DNA of 64,000 nucleotides from Alphaproteobacteria bacterium (lineage in GTDB: Bacteria; Pseudomonadota; Alphaproteobacteria; UBA828), in the NCBI GenBank assembly GCA_965214705.1, contig OZ243972.1:3136001-3200000 (forward strand). Reading direction: 5' to 3'. The notes below the pieces were generated by a model. It did not search any database. It worked only from the letters and a program-made list of their open reading frames with translations, and was not told the DNA's origin. Below, in pieces: positions 9,585 to 19,893 of the stretch (its first letter is position 1; every line of letters starts with the position of its first letter). A program made the translations under genes and the position numbers.

Positions 9585-11787
9585 CAGGGCGAATTTGTCC
9601 AAGCCTGATTTTTGAGTTCTGCGCTACGAGTTGACCTTGGGTCTGGTCAGCGCGCGCCAACCCTGCTATGGATTGAGGCGACTGGATTCGCGGTGTTCTG
9701 CTGCGGATCGGCTTCGAGCAGGGGGACGGTTTCTACGGTGGATCTTTCCGAGGTCGATGTCGCTGCTGTCCGGCCGGAGGACGAGGCCCGGTTCCGCGCG
9801 CTGATGGAGGGGCATCACTACCTGGGTGCGTCTGCGAAGGTGGGGGCGACGGCGTGGTACGTCGCCCATCGGCGCGGCGAGTGGCTGGCGCTGGCCGTGT
9901 TTTCGGCTGCGGCGCGCAAGTGCCGGGCGCGGGACGAGTGGATCGGCTGGGACTTCCGCACGCAGCACGGGCGGCTGCATCTGATCGCGAACAACGCGCG
10001 CTTCCTGATCCTGCCGGGACGGGGTGTTCCGAACCTCGGCTCGCGGGTGCTGGGGCTTTGCGCGCGGCGCTTGGCGCGCGACTGGCCGGCCCGCTTCGGC
10101 CACCCCGTGCTGATGCTGGAAACATTCGTGGACGCGGCGAGGTTCCGGGGCACGGTCTACCGGGCGGCTGGATGGCTGGCGGTCGGCCAGACCCGCGGCT
10201 TCCGGCGCCACCGCTCGGGCTATGTCGCCGGCTCGACGCCGAAGCTTGTGCTGCTGCGCCCCCTGGTTCCCGACGCCTGCCGCCGGCTGTCCGCTGCCGG
10301 GCTGGATCGGGAGTTGTGGAAGAAAGGAGTTCCGAGAACCATGATCAGCGCCGCTCAGCAAGAGTCGCTCTACGCCTACTTCAAGGACATCGACGACCCC
10401 CGCACGCGCAAGGGACGGCGGCATTCGCTGCCCAGCGTGCTCGCGCTTGCGAGTGGCGCGACGCTCTGCGGCATGCGAGGCTGGAAGGCCATCTCCGAGT
10501 GGGTCGACGATCTCGGCGAGAAGGCGCTGGCCCGCTTCGGCGTGCGGCTGCGCGACGGGGTGCGCCGGCCGCCTTCGATGTCGACCATCCGCAATGTGGT
10601 GATCCGGGTGGACCCGGACCAGTTGGACGAGGCGTTGCGCAAGTGGCAGGAGGCCCACGGCTCAGGCGACGCGGCGCTTGCCATCGACGGCAAGACCCTG
10701 AGGGGGGCCATCGACGAGGACGGGACCCAGGCTCATGTCATGAGCGCGGTCGGGCACGAGACCAAGGCCACGCTCGCCCAAAAAAACTTCTCCTGAAAGT
10801 CGGGGCCGACGAGGAGACAAAGCGCACCAACGAGATCGGCACCGTGACGGCGCTGGTGGACCTGATCCCGAACATCGCGGGCAAGACGGTCACGACGGAC
10901 GCGCTGCTAACCCAGCGCAAGTTCGCCCGCTACCTGCTCGACCGGGGCGCGCACTTCATGTTCATCGTGAAAGGGAACCAGAAGACCATGCGGGACGATG
11001 TGACGCTGCTCTTCGAAGAGGCGCCGGAGCGTGAGCCCGACTTCGAGGAGGAGGCCGCGCTGTCGCACGGACGCATCGAGCAGCGGGCAATCTGGACGAG
11101 CACGGAGTTGAACGGCTTTCTCGACTTCCCGGGCGTCGGCCAGGTCTTCATGATCGAGCGCTCCCGCCAGGACAAGAAGACCGGCGAGACCGGCACCGAG
11201 ACCGCCTACGGGATCTCCAGCCACACGCCCGGCACGGCCAACGCGCAGAGCCTGCTCGCCCTCAACCGCGGCCACTGGTGCATCGAGAACAGCTCGCACC
11301 ACTGCCTCGACTGGACCTGGGACGAGGACCGCAGCCGCATACGCACAGGCTTCGGCCCCGAGAACATGACCCGCCTGCGGCGCTTCGCCATCGGCCTGAT
11401 CAAGGGCCGGGGGCTCGAGGTCGCCTCGACCGTGCGCAGGCTCGCCCGCAACGTCCGCGCCGTCCTCGACTTCCTGAAAATGACCGGGAACACCCAGCCG
11501 AGGACCGCAAAGCGCGCCGCGCCGGCCTGAACCCCGGCGCCCGGCAAGCCGGGCGCAAAGATCGTACCTGCCCTCGCTCCCGACCACGCCGGTGGCGCGA
11601 TCCATCATGTCGGGGCACCGCCAAATCGCGACGGCACCGCCCGCACCGCCCACACGGTAATGCCAGAACCGTCTGACCGAACCGGATGCTCGGCCAGACC
11701 CCGCCGCAAACCCCGTAACAAAGCCGATCCGCACAACCCGTGGCCAGAACTCAACCGCCTACCAGCCGCTTGGACAAATTTGCCCTG
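9585..11787 (+). mobile_element. ISAs1-family element carrying a DUF4338 domain
   Basis: IRs CAGGGCGAATTTGTCCAAGC / GCTTGGACAAATTTGCCCTG (CAGGGC ends typical of ISAs1); no matching target duplication seen. Confidence 0.85.
9737..11530 (+). CDS. DUF4338 (DruA-like) + ISAs1 transposase, joined by a -1 frameshift near 10780
   Basis: HHYLG...IANNARFLIL...LETFVD..RFRGTVYRAAGW, then DPRTRKGRRHSL...AIDGKTLRGA. Continues in the -1 frame with TNEIG..TTDALLTQ..VKGNQ..HGRIE..HWCIEN..DEDRSR. A7C at 10780-10787. Start approximate. Confidence 0.8.
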   Translation, partial: GGSFRGRCRCCPAGGRGPVPRADGGASLPGCVCEGGGDGVVRRPSARRVAGAGRVFGCGAQVPGAGRVDRLGLPHAARAAASDREQRALPDPAGTGCSEPRLAGAGALRAALGARLAGPLRPPRADAGNIRGRGEVPGHGLPGGWMAGGRPDPRLPAPPLGLCRRLDAEACAAAPPGSRRLPPAVRCRAGSGVVEERSSENHDQRRSARVALRLLQGHRRPPHAQGTAAFAAQRARACEWRDALRHARLEGHLRVGRRSRREGAGPLRRAAARRGAPAAFDVDHPQCGDPGGPGPVGRGVAQVAGGPRLRRRGACHRRQDPEGGHRRGRDPGSCHERGRARDQGHARPKKLLLKVGADEETKRTNEIGTVTALVDLIPNIAGKTVTTDALLTQRKFARYLLDRGAHFMFIVKGNQKTMRDDVTLLFEEAPEREPDFEEEAALSHGRIEQRAIWTSTELNGFLDFPGVGQVFMIERSRQDKKTGETGTETAYGISSHTPGTANAQSLLALNRGHWCIENSSHHCLDWTWDEDRSRIRTGFGPENMTRLRRFAIGLIKGRGLEVASTVRRLARNVRAVLDFLKMTGNTQPRTAKRAAPA

Positions 11788-12215
11788 ACCGAACCTGCGC
11801 CCAAGTTGACGGCAGGGAGCTGACGATGCCAAGGTTGCCATTTCGCAGCATGCATAAACGGGGTAAAGCTCGCATATGAGGCAAGCAGGTGATGGAAGCC
11901 TCTGGAAGGTTAAGGGTTGGGCAGGCTCTCTCTCGAGAGCCTGCCCAACCCTTTTGAACGAAGCCGCGGGCCACGAGAGGCGAAGTTGAGCTATGTGGAA
12001 AGTGCGCTGATGTCAGCGTCAGGCGGCATCCACCGGCAGCAGAGTTGCGCATAAAATCGACGCTCGCGCCGGTCTTTCGGCAGGCATGCGGGCGCACGCT
12101 GCGAGGACTGAGCGGGGTGTGAGCCGAGGGCTGTCAGCCCGGCTCAAGCGGAGACAGGTTCGGTCGTGCGTCGGCGCTTTGGCGCCGTTGCGCGGGGCCG
12201 AAGCGAGCGGGCGTC

Positions 12216-13457
12216 TCACGGTTTCCCCCTGTGGGTCGGCGGCAGCGCCGGCGGGCCGCGCGTCGAGCGGGGCTCATGGCGGCGGCGGATTTCGCGGACG
12301 AGGCGCATGACGCCGCCGCAGTGGGGGCAGGCCACGGGCGCGGTGCCGATCTCGGGCTCTTCGTCGGGCTCGGCCTGAGCGCCGTCCACGCTTCCCTCGG
12401 GGGCGGCGCAGCCGAGGGCGCCGAGAGCCTGGCGTGCTCTCTCCAGCGTGCTGGCGCGGCAGCCGTTGGCGAGGATGCCGAAGTAGCGAATGCGGTGCAT
12501 GCCGTCCGGCAGGACGTGCCTCAGGAAGCGGCGGATGAACTCGTCGGCGCTCACGGTGGCGATGCCGTAGCGCGGCTTTCTCTGCCCCGGCGCCTTGGGC
12601 TTTCGGTGGCGGAAGGAGACCGTCTCGCCGTCGAAGGAGACGATGCGGCTGTCGGAGATGGCGATCCTGTGCGTGTAGTGCGAGAGGTACCGGAAGACCT
12701 GCTCAGGCCCGCGGAAGGGCCGCTTGGCGTAGACCACCCAGTCCCTGGCCCGGGCGGCGGCAAGCGTGGCGTGGAACTCGCCGGGATTGGCGAGGTGGGC
12801 GAGGGTGCCGTGGAACTCCAGGTCCCCCCGGCCGTGGGCGCGGGCGAGCTCCTCGAGGAAGAGGCGGCGGAACAGGCTGCCGAGGACCTTGACGGGGGCG
12901 AGGAAGGTGGTGCTCCCCGTCTTCCACTCGCCACTGTCTACGTCGAAGCCCGCGTTGGGCACGACCACGTGCAGGTGCGGGTGGAAGCGGAGCTTCTGAT
13001 CCCAGGTATGGAGGACCGCGGTGCCGCCGATGCGCATGCCGCCGTGGCGGGGATCGGCGGCGATGGTGCGCAGGGTCTCGGCGACGGCCCGGAAGAGGAT
13101 GTCGAACACCACCCTGCGGTTGCAGAAGGCAATGGCGGCAACCTCCTTGGGCAGGGTGAAGACCACATGGAAGTAGGGCACCGGCAGGATGTCCCCGGCG
13201 CGCTCCTCGCTCCAGAGGTTGGCGGCGAGACCCTGGCAGGTGGGGCAGTGGCGGTTGCGGCAGGAGTTGAAGAGCGGATGCTCGCGCCCGCAGCCCTCGC
13301 AGGCGTACATGTGGCCGCCGAGCACGGCGGTGCGGCACGCCTCGATGGCGCCCATGACCTTGAGCCGGGCGGCGTCGATGCGCCCTTTGTGGCGCTCACG
13401 GAAAGCGGCGCCGGCGCGGCGGAAGATCTCCGCCACGCCCGCGCGTTCGGCCTCCAC
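12216..13457 (-). CDS. IS91-family (Y2, HUH) transposase
   Basis: Zn-ribbon CRT..C..C..SCRNRHCPTC, HVVFTLP, LHTW...HPHLH (HUH), YLSHYTHR. Confidence 0.93.
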   Translation of the reverse strand: MEAERAGVAEIFRRAGAAFRERHKGRIDAARLKVMGAIEACRTAVLGGHMYACEGCGREHPLFNSCRNRHCPTCQGLAANLWSEERAGDILPVPYFHVVFTLPKEVAAIAFCNRRVVFDILFRAVAETLRTIAADPRHGGMRIGGTAVLHTWDQKLRFHPHLHVVVPNAGFDVDSGEWKTGSTTFLAPVKVLGSLFRRLFLEELARAHGRGDLEFHGTLAHLANPGEFHATLAAARARDWVVYAKRPFRGPEQVFRYLSHYTHRIAISDSRIVSFDGETVSFRHRKPKAPGQRKPRYGIATVSADEFIRRFLRHVLPDGMHRIRYFGILANGCRASTLERARQALGALGCAAPEGSVDGAQAEPDEEPEIGTAPVACPHCGGVMRLVREIRRRHEPRSTRGPPALPPTHRGKP

Positions 13458-13463
13458 GCGCCG

Positions 13464-14342
13464 TCAGTTGCGCAACGCTGCGAAGCCTGAGATCGGGTGG
13501 TCGAGGCCCTCGAACATCTTGCCGGTGACGCGGGCGTAGTGACGGGTCGTGTTCGCGCTTCGATGGCCGAGCATGTCCCGGATCACCTCGATATCGCCGC
13601 CGCGCTCGAGGAGATGGGTCGCCGCCGAATGGCGCAGGCAATGGAAGGTGTAGCTGCGGTCGAGCTCGGCAATGTCGCGCGCCCTCCTGAAGGCGGCCTG
13701 CAAGGTCTCCGTTGCGATGGGCCTGTCGAGCGAGACGCCGTAGAAGAGCCAGTTCGTCGGACGCGGCCAGATGTTCCTGTAGTAGACGCGCAAGTAGTGG
13801 ATGACGATGTCCGGCAACGGTGCCATTCTCTCGGTGCCGCCTTTGCCGGAGGGGATGTGCAGCAGCTTCTTCTCCGACAGGATGTCGCCGACCTTGATGG
13901 CCAAGGTCTCGGAGATGCGGAGCCCGCCGCCATAGCCGGTGACAATGGCAGCACGGTGGCGGAGGTCGGGTGTCGCAAGGATGAGGTGCTCGACCTCCTG
14001 CTCCGACATGTAGCGCGGCAGCTTGCCGGGCTTCTTGCGGGAGCGCAGGCCGGCGACATGGTCAGGCCAGCCGAGTGTGTCGATGTAGAGGAAGTTCAGC
14101 GCGGCGAAGGAGACGTTGGTCGTGCCCGGACTGAGCCCCTTGTCGATCCGCCCCAGGTACCACTGGCGCACCTGCTCGGCGTCGAGCTCGTCCGGCGAGG
14201 CGTCGTAGTACCTGGCCAGGTTCTTGATCTCGCAGATGTAGGCCTTGGACGTGCTCGCGGCCAGATTGGCGATGCGGAGCTGCTCCTCCATGCGCTGGCG
14301 AAGAGGGGTGACGGTGTTCGTGTCGCACGCGGTCCCGGTCAT
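13464..14342 (-). CDS. Tyrosine recombinase/integrase of the IS91-like element
   Basis: GLRISE, GKGG, HCLRHS, LGH...TTRHY; likely start MTGTACD. Confidence 0.92.
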   Translation of the reverse strand: MTGTACDTNTVTPLRQRMEEQLRIANLAASTSKAYICEIKNLARYYDASPDELDAEQVRQWYLGRIDKGLSPGTTNVSFAALNFLYIDTLGWPDHVAGLRSRKKPGKLPRYMSEQEVEHLILATPDLRHRAAIVTGYGGGLRISETLAIKVGDILSEKKLLHIPSGKGGTERMAPLPDIVIHYLRVYYRNIWPRPTNWLFYGVSLDRPIATETLQAAFRRARDIAELDRSYTFHCLRHSAATHLLERGGDIEVIRDMLGHRSANTTRHYARVTGKMFEGLDHPISGFAALRN

Positions 14343-15680
14343 TATCGATCTCCCTGGATCGCGACGGCGCGCCGCCGGACCGATCCGGCGACGGTCCGTC
14401 GCAGGGGTCGATGCTAACCACTGGTGATCGGGAGGCTGCTGGGGATCCGCCACCCGACGGGCGGAGCGCCACTGACGCAACCGGGAAGCGAACGCACAGA
14501 ACAAACGGCACCCGCGACGCCTCGGAAATGAATGAACTCTACGCCGCTAACTCCGCGTAGCGGCTTCGTTCAAATGATCTTGGACAGACGCCGCCGCAGA
14601 GAACCGGCACGTCGAAATCTCGCGCTTGTGACACGATGATGGGCGCTGCTAGGAATTTAGATGGTTGGAGTGAGGAATCGAACGGAAGCAACGCCTTGCG
14701 TTCTAGGGTGGTCTGTACTGATCGAGGGTATTCAATGATCTGCCGTGACACTTCATCTGAGGGCATTGCTCGCGAACACCCGGCTGCCGTTCTGAGGTTG
14801 GGCTCGTGACGACTCTTGTGGCACTTGCCTCCAAGGATGCGCTCGTCATGGGGACCGATAGCCTTGGCACCGTTACCAGGCGGCTATTGGATCCGTTTGA
14901 TCTCTTGGAGTGCTTTGACCCCAAGGACGATTTTAAGATCAAGGTCGACGACGAAGGCAAACCGTTACTCGATAACTTCTCCATCCTTATGGAACAAGCG
15001 CAGGTCGTTCCCTATAATCAGCTGAGCAATGTCTCAAAGTTGTTCGACCTTAGCCCTCTACCGATGGGAGTGATGTTCACCGGAATTACGTCGATTGGTC
15101 ACCGTACTATTGGTAAGTTGGTATCCGACTTCAAAGAAGCCGATTCGGCCTTTAGCAAAGACGCAGAGCCGTCGAATTATGCAGTTCGCGCGGTCGGTGT
15201 CCGGCTGCTGCAGACCTTGAGACAACTCTATGCAAGCACATACCCGCAAGAATACGCCCGCCCCGAACTTGAGCTCATAATTGGCGGCTACGACAATCTA
15301 CGCTACTTGCCTAGCCTATACAGGATTGACGTTCGCGAGGATACGATCGACGAGATATTCTCGAGCGACTCACCCTTCGGCGTAGCGTTTGGCGGGCAAA
15401 AGGACTGGATACAACGAATCGTCTTTGGTACAGACGAGGATAACCAAGTTAGCTTGGCACAGCGCGTACGCGATTTGCTCGTCGTCTATCATGATAAGAT
15501 AAGTGCCGCTGTTGCGGACGCAGGAATCGAGTTTGAAGTTCCACACCCACACACATGGGATGATGAACTCTATCTCTTCAATGGGTGGAACCTCCACGGC
15601 TTGGACGCCAACATCGCAGACTTCTCCGAACAGAATGCTATCGATTGCGTAGACTTCTTCATCGAAATCATGATCAGGGC

Positions 15681-17014
15681 CACTAGTGTCCCAACGTTAG
15701 CGGAATAAATTCAATTGGTTAGGGTGGTCTAGTTGGCCGATTTGCAGGTCCTCTGGGTCAAACAGTTGATAGAGAGGCGTTTTCTCGAACACCGTAAGGC
15801 TCAGGATCTGTAGAATTGTGTAGAGGCTCTGCTCCAGCTTCAGCCGCTTGCGGATGATGGCGACCAGGACATAGACCGACACCGCGATCCAGATCTGGGT
15901 CTTCACCGCGTTCTCCGAGGTGCCGAAGAAGGACTTGATCCGGAGGTGCTGCTTGATCCATTTGAAGAACAACTCAATGTGCCAGCGGGCACGGTAGAGT
16001 TCGGCGATCGTCAGAGCCGGCAGAACAAAGTTGTTGGTGAGGAAGACGAGGGTTTTGTCGCGCTCGGCATCTCGGTACCGGATCCGCCGTAGCTTGTCGG
16101 GATAATCGGTCGCGCTGTTGACGCCGCTTGGCCGTACGACCTGATCGCAGATGAGACCGCGGGTGCGATCGACAGGGCGGGAGTAGAGGCGGCGGAGCTT
16201 GGTGTTGGATTTCGCGCGCAGGACAAAGAAGCTGCCACTGTGATGCAGGTGATGGAGACGGCTGAAGTCGAGGTAGGCCCGGTCCATGATGTAGAAGGCT
16301 CCGGCCTCCGGCAGCAGCATGTCCATCACATTGACGTCGTGGAGTTTTCCGTCGGAGATGTGGATGAAGGCGGGGATGTGGCCGTGCAGGTCGAGCAGGG
16401 TGTGGAGCTTGACGGCGCCCTTTGTCTTGCGGAACGGAGCCCACGGGAACAGCGACAGGCAGAGGTCGATTGTCGAGGAGTCGAGGGCGTAGACGGTGTT
16501 ATCAAGATCAAGGCCGAGCGTATTGTCGTCGGCGTAGAGGTTTCGGGCGATGTGGATGAGATGTTGAGCGAAGTCGGCGTAGATCTGCCATTCGCGAACG
16601 GCGTTGGCATTGGCGAGGGTGTTGCGCGAGACCCTGCCACGGATCCCCATGTGATAGAGCTTTGTGGGTTGAACGCGCAGGCAGGTCTCGATGTCGCGCA
16701 AGCTGGCCCGATAAGTGAGCTGAGCGAAGGCCATGCATCGGTACTGATCCGCGCAGGTGAACGACTTGATCTTGCGGTTTCCGTTGTAACGGGCCACGCA
16801 GCGACGGAAACTGTGCCAGGGTAGGTGTTCCATGATTTGCGCGAAGACCAGCTTGCCGGAATACATCGGCCATCCTCTCCTGATACATGTTGGACAGGAA
16901 AAGCGTGCCGGACCGGCGCTACGGTCTCAAGTCGGTGACTCCCTTGAACAGGATTTCTCGAACGAATATCAATCTGTTAACCGCACCAGCTTCGAAAACG
17001 TTGGGACACTAGTG
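15681..17014 (-). mobile_element. IS4-family insertion sequence
   Basis: 18-bp IRs CACTAGTGTCCCAACGTT / AACGTTGGGACACTAGTG; 9-bp TSD GATCAGGGC (15672-15680, 17015-17023). Confidence 0.95.
15697..16866 (-). CDS. IS4-family transposase (DUF4372 + DDE)
   Basis: MYSGKLVFAQ..., DSSTI, MDRAYLDF, YRARWHIELFFKWIKQHL (YREK). Confidence 0.95.
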   Translation of the reverse strand: MYSGKLVFAQIMEHLPWHSFRRCVARYNGNRKIKSFTCADQYRCMAFAQLTYRASLRDIETCLRVQPTKLYHMGIRGRVSRNTLANANAVREWQIYADFAQHLIHIARNLYADDNTLGLDLDNTVYALDSSTIDLCLSLFPWAPFRKTKGAVKLHTLLDLHGHIPAFIHISDGKLHDVNVMDMLLPEAGAFYIMDRAYLDFSRLHHLHHSGSFFVLRAKSNTKLRRLYSRPVDRTRGLICDQVVRPSGVNSATDYPDKLRRIRYRDAERDKTLVFLTNNFVLPALTIAELYRARWHIELFFKWIKQHLRIKSFFGTSENAVKTQIWIAVSVYVLVAIIRKRLKLEQSLYTILQILSLTVFEKTPLYQLFDPEDLQIGQLDHPNQLNLFR

Positions 17015-17161
17015 GATCAGGGCACAAGCTGTTAGTTCGCAATTGCCAACGGTCGGAGGTGATATAAACATAGCAGTAATACGCAAGGATGGATTTCGCT
17101 TTGTTTCGCGCCAAGAGTGGCGACACCGAGACCACAGCATCAAGATACCGGGGGTGCAGCA

Positions 17162-17353
17162 ATGAAACTAAGAACACGCTTGTATCCAACAGTCAGGGAA
17201 GAGCGCGAAAGGAAGGCGCTCAAGAACAGGTTAGGGCTCACTCGCACTGCCATTGCCAAGGGCGGTGGCACGCCGAAGCCTAAATCGCAGGAGAAAGTGG
17301 GTGCCAAAGAGCACAGGGTGGTGACTGACTTGACAGGTGTCAACAAGAACTAG
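17162..17353 (+). CDS. Small basic hypothetical protein (63 aa)
   Basis: ATGA overlap with the reconstructed stop of the Ntn hydrolase; MKLRTRLYPTVREERERKALKNRLG... Confidence 0.5.
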   Translation: MKLRTRLYPTVREERERKALKNRLGLTRTAIAKGGGTPKPKSQEKVGAKEHRVVTDLTGVNKN

Positions 17354-17361
17354 GCCCCGTT

Positions 17362-18765
17362 CTAACTTATATTCCGGGCTTTCACGAACCCTGGGTTGGT
17401 CGCTATAGCTTCAAGTGTGTTGTCAGATGCTTGTGATCTGTCGGGACTTCGCAGCGTGACACCTAACACCTCGATTCTTGGGCCTCCAGCGAGCGAACGC
17501 AGTACCTCCGCAAGCACGAATGTTGCAGCAACGCAGCCTACGAAAGCAGCTCCTATCGACCTTCCGGCCACTTCGATGATACCGCATCTAATCTCGCTAT
17601 CTGTTAGATCGGTGGTCCCCCTGACTCGCCGATGAAAGTCCTGATAGGCGGGTTGGTCAACGAGCACGCTTGTGTGCTGCGTGTGCTGCGTGTTGCGCGC
17701 AAGAAAAGCGTTCGTCGCTTTGATGCCTGAGGGGAACGAATGAATCAAGATGTCTAGGTAATTCCTTGGGCCTCCACCCAATCCCGCGTCGACAATTAGA
17801 TCAAACCCCGCACCCTCAAGATGGCGTCTTGGAGCAGGGTCATCGACCCCAACGAGCGCAACGCCTGGCTCGTTGACGCTGCGGCGTGTAGCAGAATCGA
17901 AGTACCGTTCGGTTATGTTCGTATTGAACCCTAGCGCTTCTAGGCGGCAGGAGACGACCCGTGTCTTCTTTCGGCCAATCAGCGAATCATCGCTGAGCAT
18001 CCCCGTACTTCCATTGGCCTTCACGATGCTGTCGAAATCCTGAAGAACCAAATCAACAGCTGAGCGATCCTCGTACGGCAGGAATGCCAGCGCCCACGCA
18101 TATGCCTGTCCCAGGTGGCCGAGGCCGATCAGCCAGAGTCGCTTGGGTAGATAGCGGCATGGTTCACCAAAGGCGGGCTCTTCTCGCCAATCGCACCGCG
18201 GCTCCCAAAGCGATAGCCCCGTCGACCTTCGACCGGCGACAACGTTGCCGCGCAGATTCTGAAACGCCTCCGATACTCCAAGCGATGCTGCAAGCATTCC
18301 TGCCAAGGGAAATTCGATTGATTCACCTAGTCGATCGTTCGTCTTCTGGACGACACCGCCGGACCACCCCTCCCAGGTTCCGTACAAAACCAAGCTCCCA
18401 ACCGGCTCTTCTCTTACTTCCCCAACTACGAGAGTCGGGTGGTGGTGGTCTAACGATTCGACAATCTCTCCCCCATAGGTCTCGACCGCAGTGGCTATGT
18501 TCATGCCCTCGACCCAGGATACTGCGACGCGCCCATGCTCACGAAGACGAACTCGAACGCCGCCAAGGAAAGCACGAACCGCTGTATTGACTGCGGTCAG
18601 TAACATTGCCTGACGGGTTTCGCTTTTGGCAATGCCAACGCCTACGTCGATTTGCAGTACGTAACTCGCCATGATCTCCTGTGCTTCATCGACAGTGCGA
18701 GCACGACCTTCGTCCAGTTCGAGTTTGGTGGTGCGGTGAAGCTGGTCGGAGTTGAGTGTGTCCAT
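17362..18765 (-). CDS. E1-like (ThiF) Ubl-activating enzyme, BilD-like
   Basis: Degenerate N-terminal adenylation-like region, then LIGLGHLGQA, QDFD..VKANGSTG, GVDDPAPR, VDAGLG, and putative catalytic RCG..EVAGRSIGAAFVG. Confidence 0.88.
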   Translation of the reverse strand: MDTLNSDQLHRTTKLELDEGRARTVDEAQEIMASYVLQIDVGVGIAKSETRQAMLLTAVNTAVRAFLGGVRVRLREHGRVAVSWVEGMNIATAVETYGGEIVESLDHHHPTLVVGEVREEPVGSLVLYGTWEGWSGGVVQKTNDRLGESIEFPLAGMLAASLGVSEAFQNLRGNVVAGRRSTGLSLWEPRCDWREEPAFGEPCRYLPKRLWLIGLGHLGQAYAWALAFLPYEDRSAVDLVLQDFDSIVKANGSTGMLSDDSLIGRKKTRVVSCRLEALGFNTNITERYFDSATRRSVNEPGVALVGVDDPAPRRHLEGAGFDLIVDAGLGGGPRNYLDILIHSFPSGIKATNAFLARNTQHTQHTSVLVDQPAYQDFHRRVRGTTDLTDSEIRCGIIEVAGRSIGAAFVGCVAATFVLAEVLRSLAGGPRIEVLGVTLRSPDRSQASDNTLEAIATNPGFVKARNIS

Positions 18766-19299
18766 TCACCTGTTCCTTATGCGGAGGACGCGTTCCGCAT
18801 TTGAGCCGAACCATGATGCCCAACCACGTTCGCCGCGATACTCGTGAACTCCGACCTCTCTTGCTTGGACTGGACGGGTACCGTAGTGCGGCACGATAAG
18901 CGCGAGATGCCCCTCTCTCGCGATCATGGGATTCGCTCGATCTATGCCGCTTTGGGCGACTGAATTACCTGGGTGGGTATGTATGTCCGCTACGACCCGG
19001 AGACCTTCCGCATCACACAGATCCCAGAGTCTTGAGAAGCCTGATGCTCGAATGTGAATGTTGCCGACCAAGCACTCGGGGTCGAGGTCGTCAAAGTAGG
19101 CGACCTTTACCACGGTAAGTACTCCCTCCCGGGCTCGGCCAAGCAAGAAGACGCCCGATTCCCGTCGGCCACCAAGACCCCTACGACCGAGTTCCTGAAC
19201 TGTCTCTTGCCACAAGTCGAGCCCAATCTCTATGCGCGGTCGGCTGGGCCAAAGCCGTAGCCACCAACGAAAGACTGATCTATATGCCCGTATAATCAT
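18766..19299 (-). CDS. JAB/MPN+ metalloprotease (deubiquitinase-like), BilC-like
   Basis: RESGVFLLG...DIHTHPG..VAQSGID (E, HxH, S, D signature); abuts the E1 start. Confidence 0.9.
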   Translation of the reverse strand: MIIRAYRSVFRWWLRLWPSRPRIEIGLDLWQETVQELGRRGLGGRRESGVFLLGRAREGVLTVVKVAYFDDLDPECLVGNIHIRASGFSRLWDLCDAEGLRVVADIHTHPGNSVAQSGIDRANPMIAREGHLALIVPHYGTRPVQAREVGVHEYRGERGWASWFGSNAERVLRIRNR

Positions 19300-19893
19300 C
19301 GTTGTTCAGCATCTCGTGCAGAATTTGAAGTAGCCATGCGAGGTCTTTTGAAGGATCCCAAACCCGACGCGAATGCTGCGTCATCCAATTCGGGTGCCCA
19401 TTCAACGCCACACGGTCAAAAGGGGCGTAGAGCGCTCCCCCATCTTCCCAGTCAGTGCGAAATACGTGGCCCACTCGTTCCCCCTTGGGCCTCAATTCTG
19501 ACTCGAGCACACTCCCGGTTGTCGCGTTCCAGGGTGTTGCCGTTGGCGCCGACTCCGGATATCCGGATAAGTCGAACCGCAAAAAGGTTAAGGGTTGGGC
19601 AGGCTCTCTCTCGAGAGCCTGCCCAACCCTTTTGAACGAAGCCGCGGGCCACGAGAGGCGAAGTTGAGCTATGTGGAAAGTGCGCTGATGTCAGCGTCAG
19701 GCGGCATCCACCGGCAGCAGAGTTGCGCATAAAATCGACGCTCGCGCCGGTCTTTCGGCAGGCATGCGGGCGCACGCTGCGAGGACTGAGCGGGGTGTGA
19801 GCCGAGGGCTGTCAGCCCGGCTCAAGCGGAGACAGGTTCGGTCGTGCGTCGGCGCTTTGGCGCCGTTGCGCGGGGCCGAAGCGAGCGGGCGTC

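Larger units (their letters stand above)
11908..14573 (-). mobile_element. IS91-like element (Y2 transposase + tyrosine recombinase), copy 1
   Basis: 2666 bp; ends defined by comparing four copies (GGTTAAGGG...CGTTCAA). Confidence 0.92.
14806..17165 (+). pseudogene. Proteasome beta-subunit-like Ntn hydrolase (338 aa reconstructed), interrupted by IS4
   Basis: (M)TTLVALASKDALVMGTDS gives Thr1 and Asp17 spacing; SKLF, GITSIG, ELIIGGY. After removing IS4 plus one TSD the frame continues MIRAQAVSSQLPTVGGDINIAVIRKDGFRFV to TGA 17165. Confidence 0.78.

Noticed and set aside
14539-14766. 75-aa minus-strand ORF upstream of the Ntn gene
   Set aside because: No recognisable motif, and joining across the insertion gives no convincing protein.
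17362-19299. CBASS cap2/cap3 or thiamine/molybdopterin biosynthesis
   Set aside because: No CD-NTase or thi/moa genes; a separate E2 and dedicated Ubl are present.
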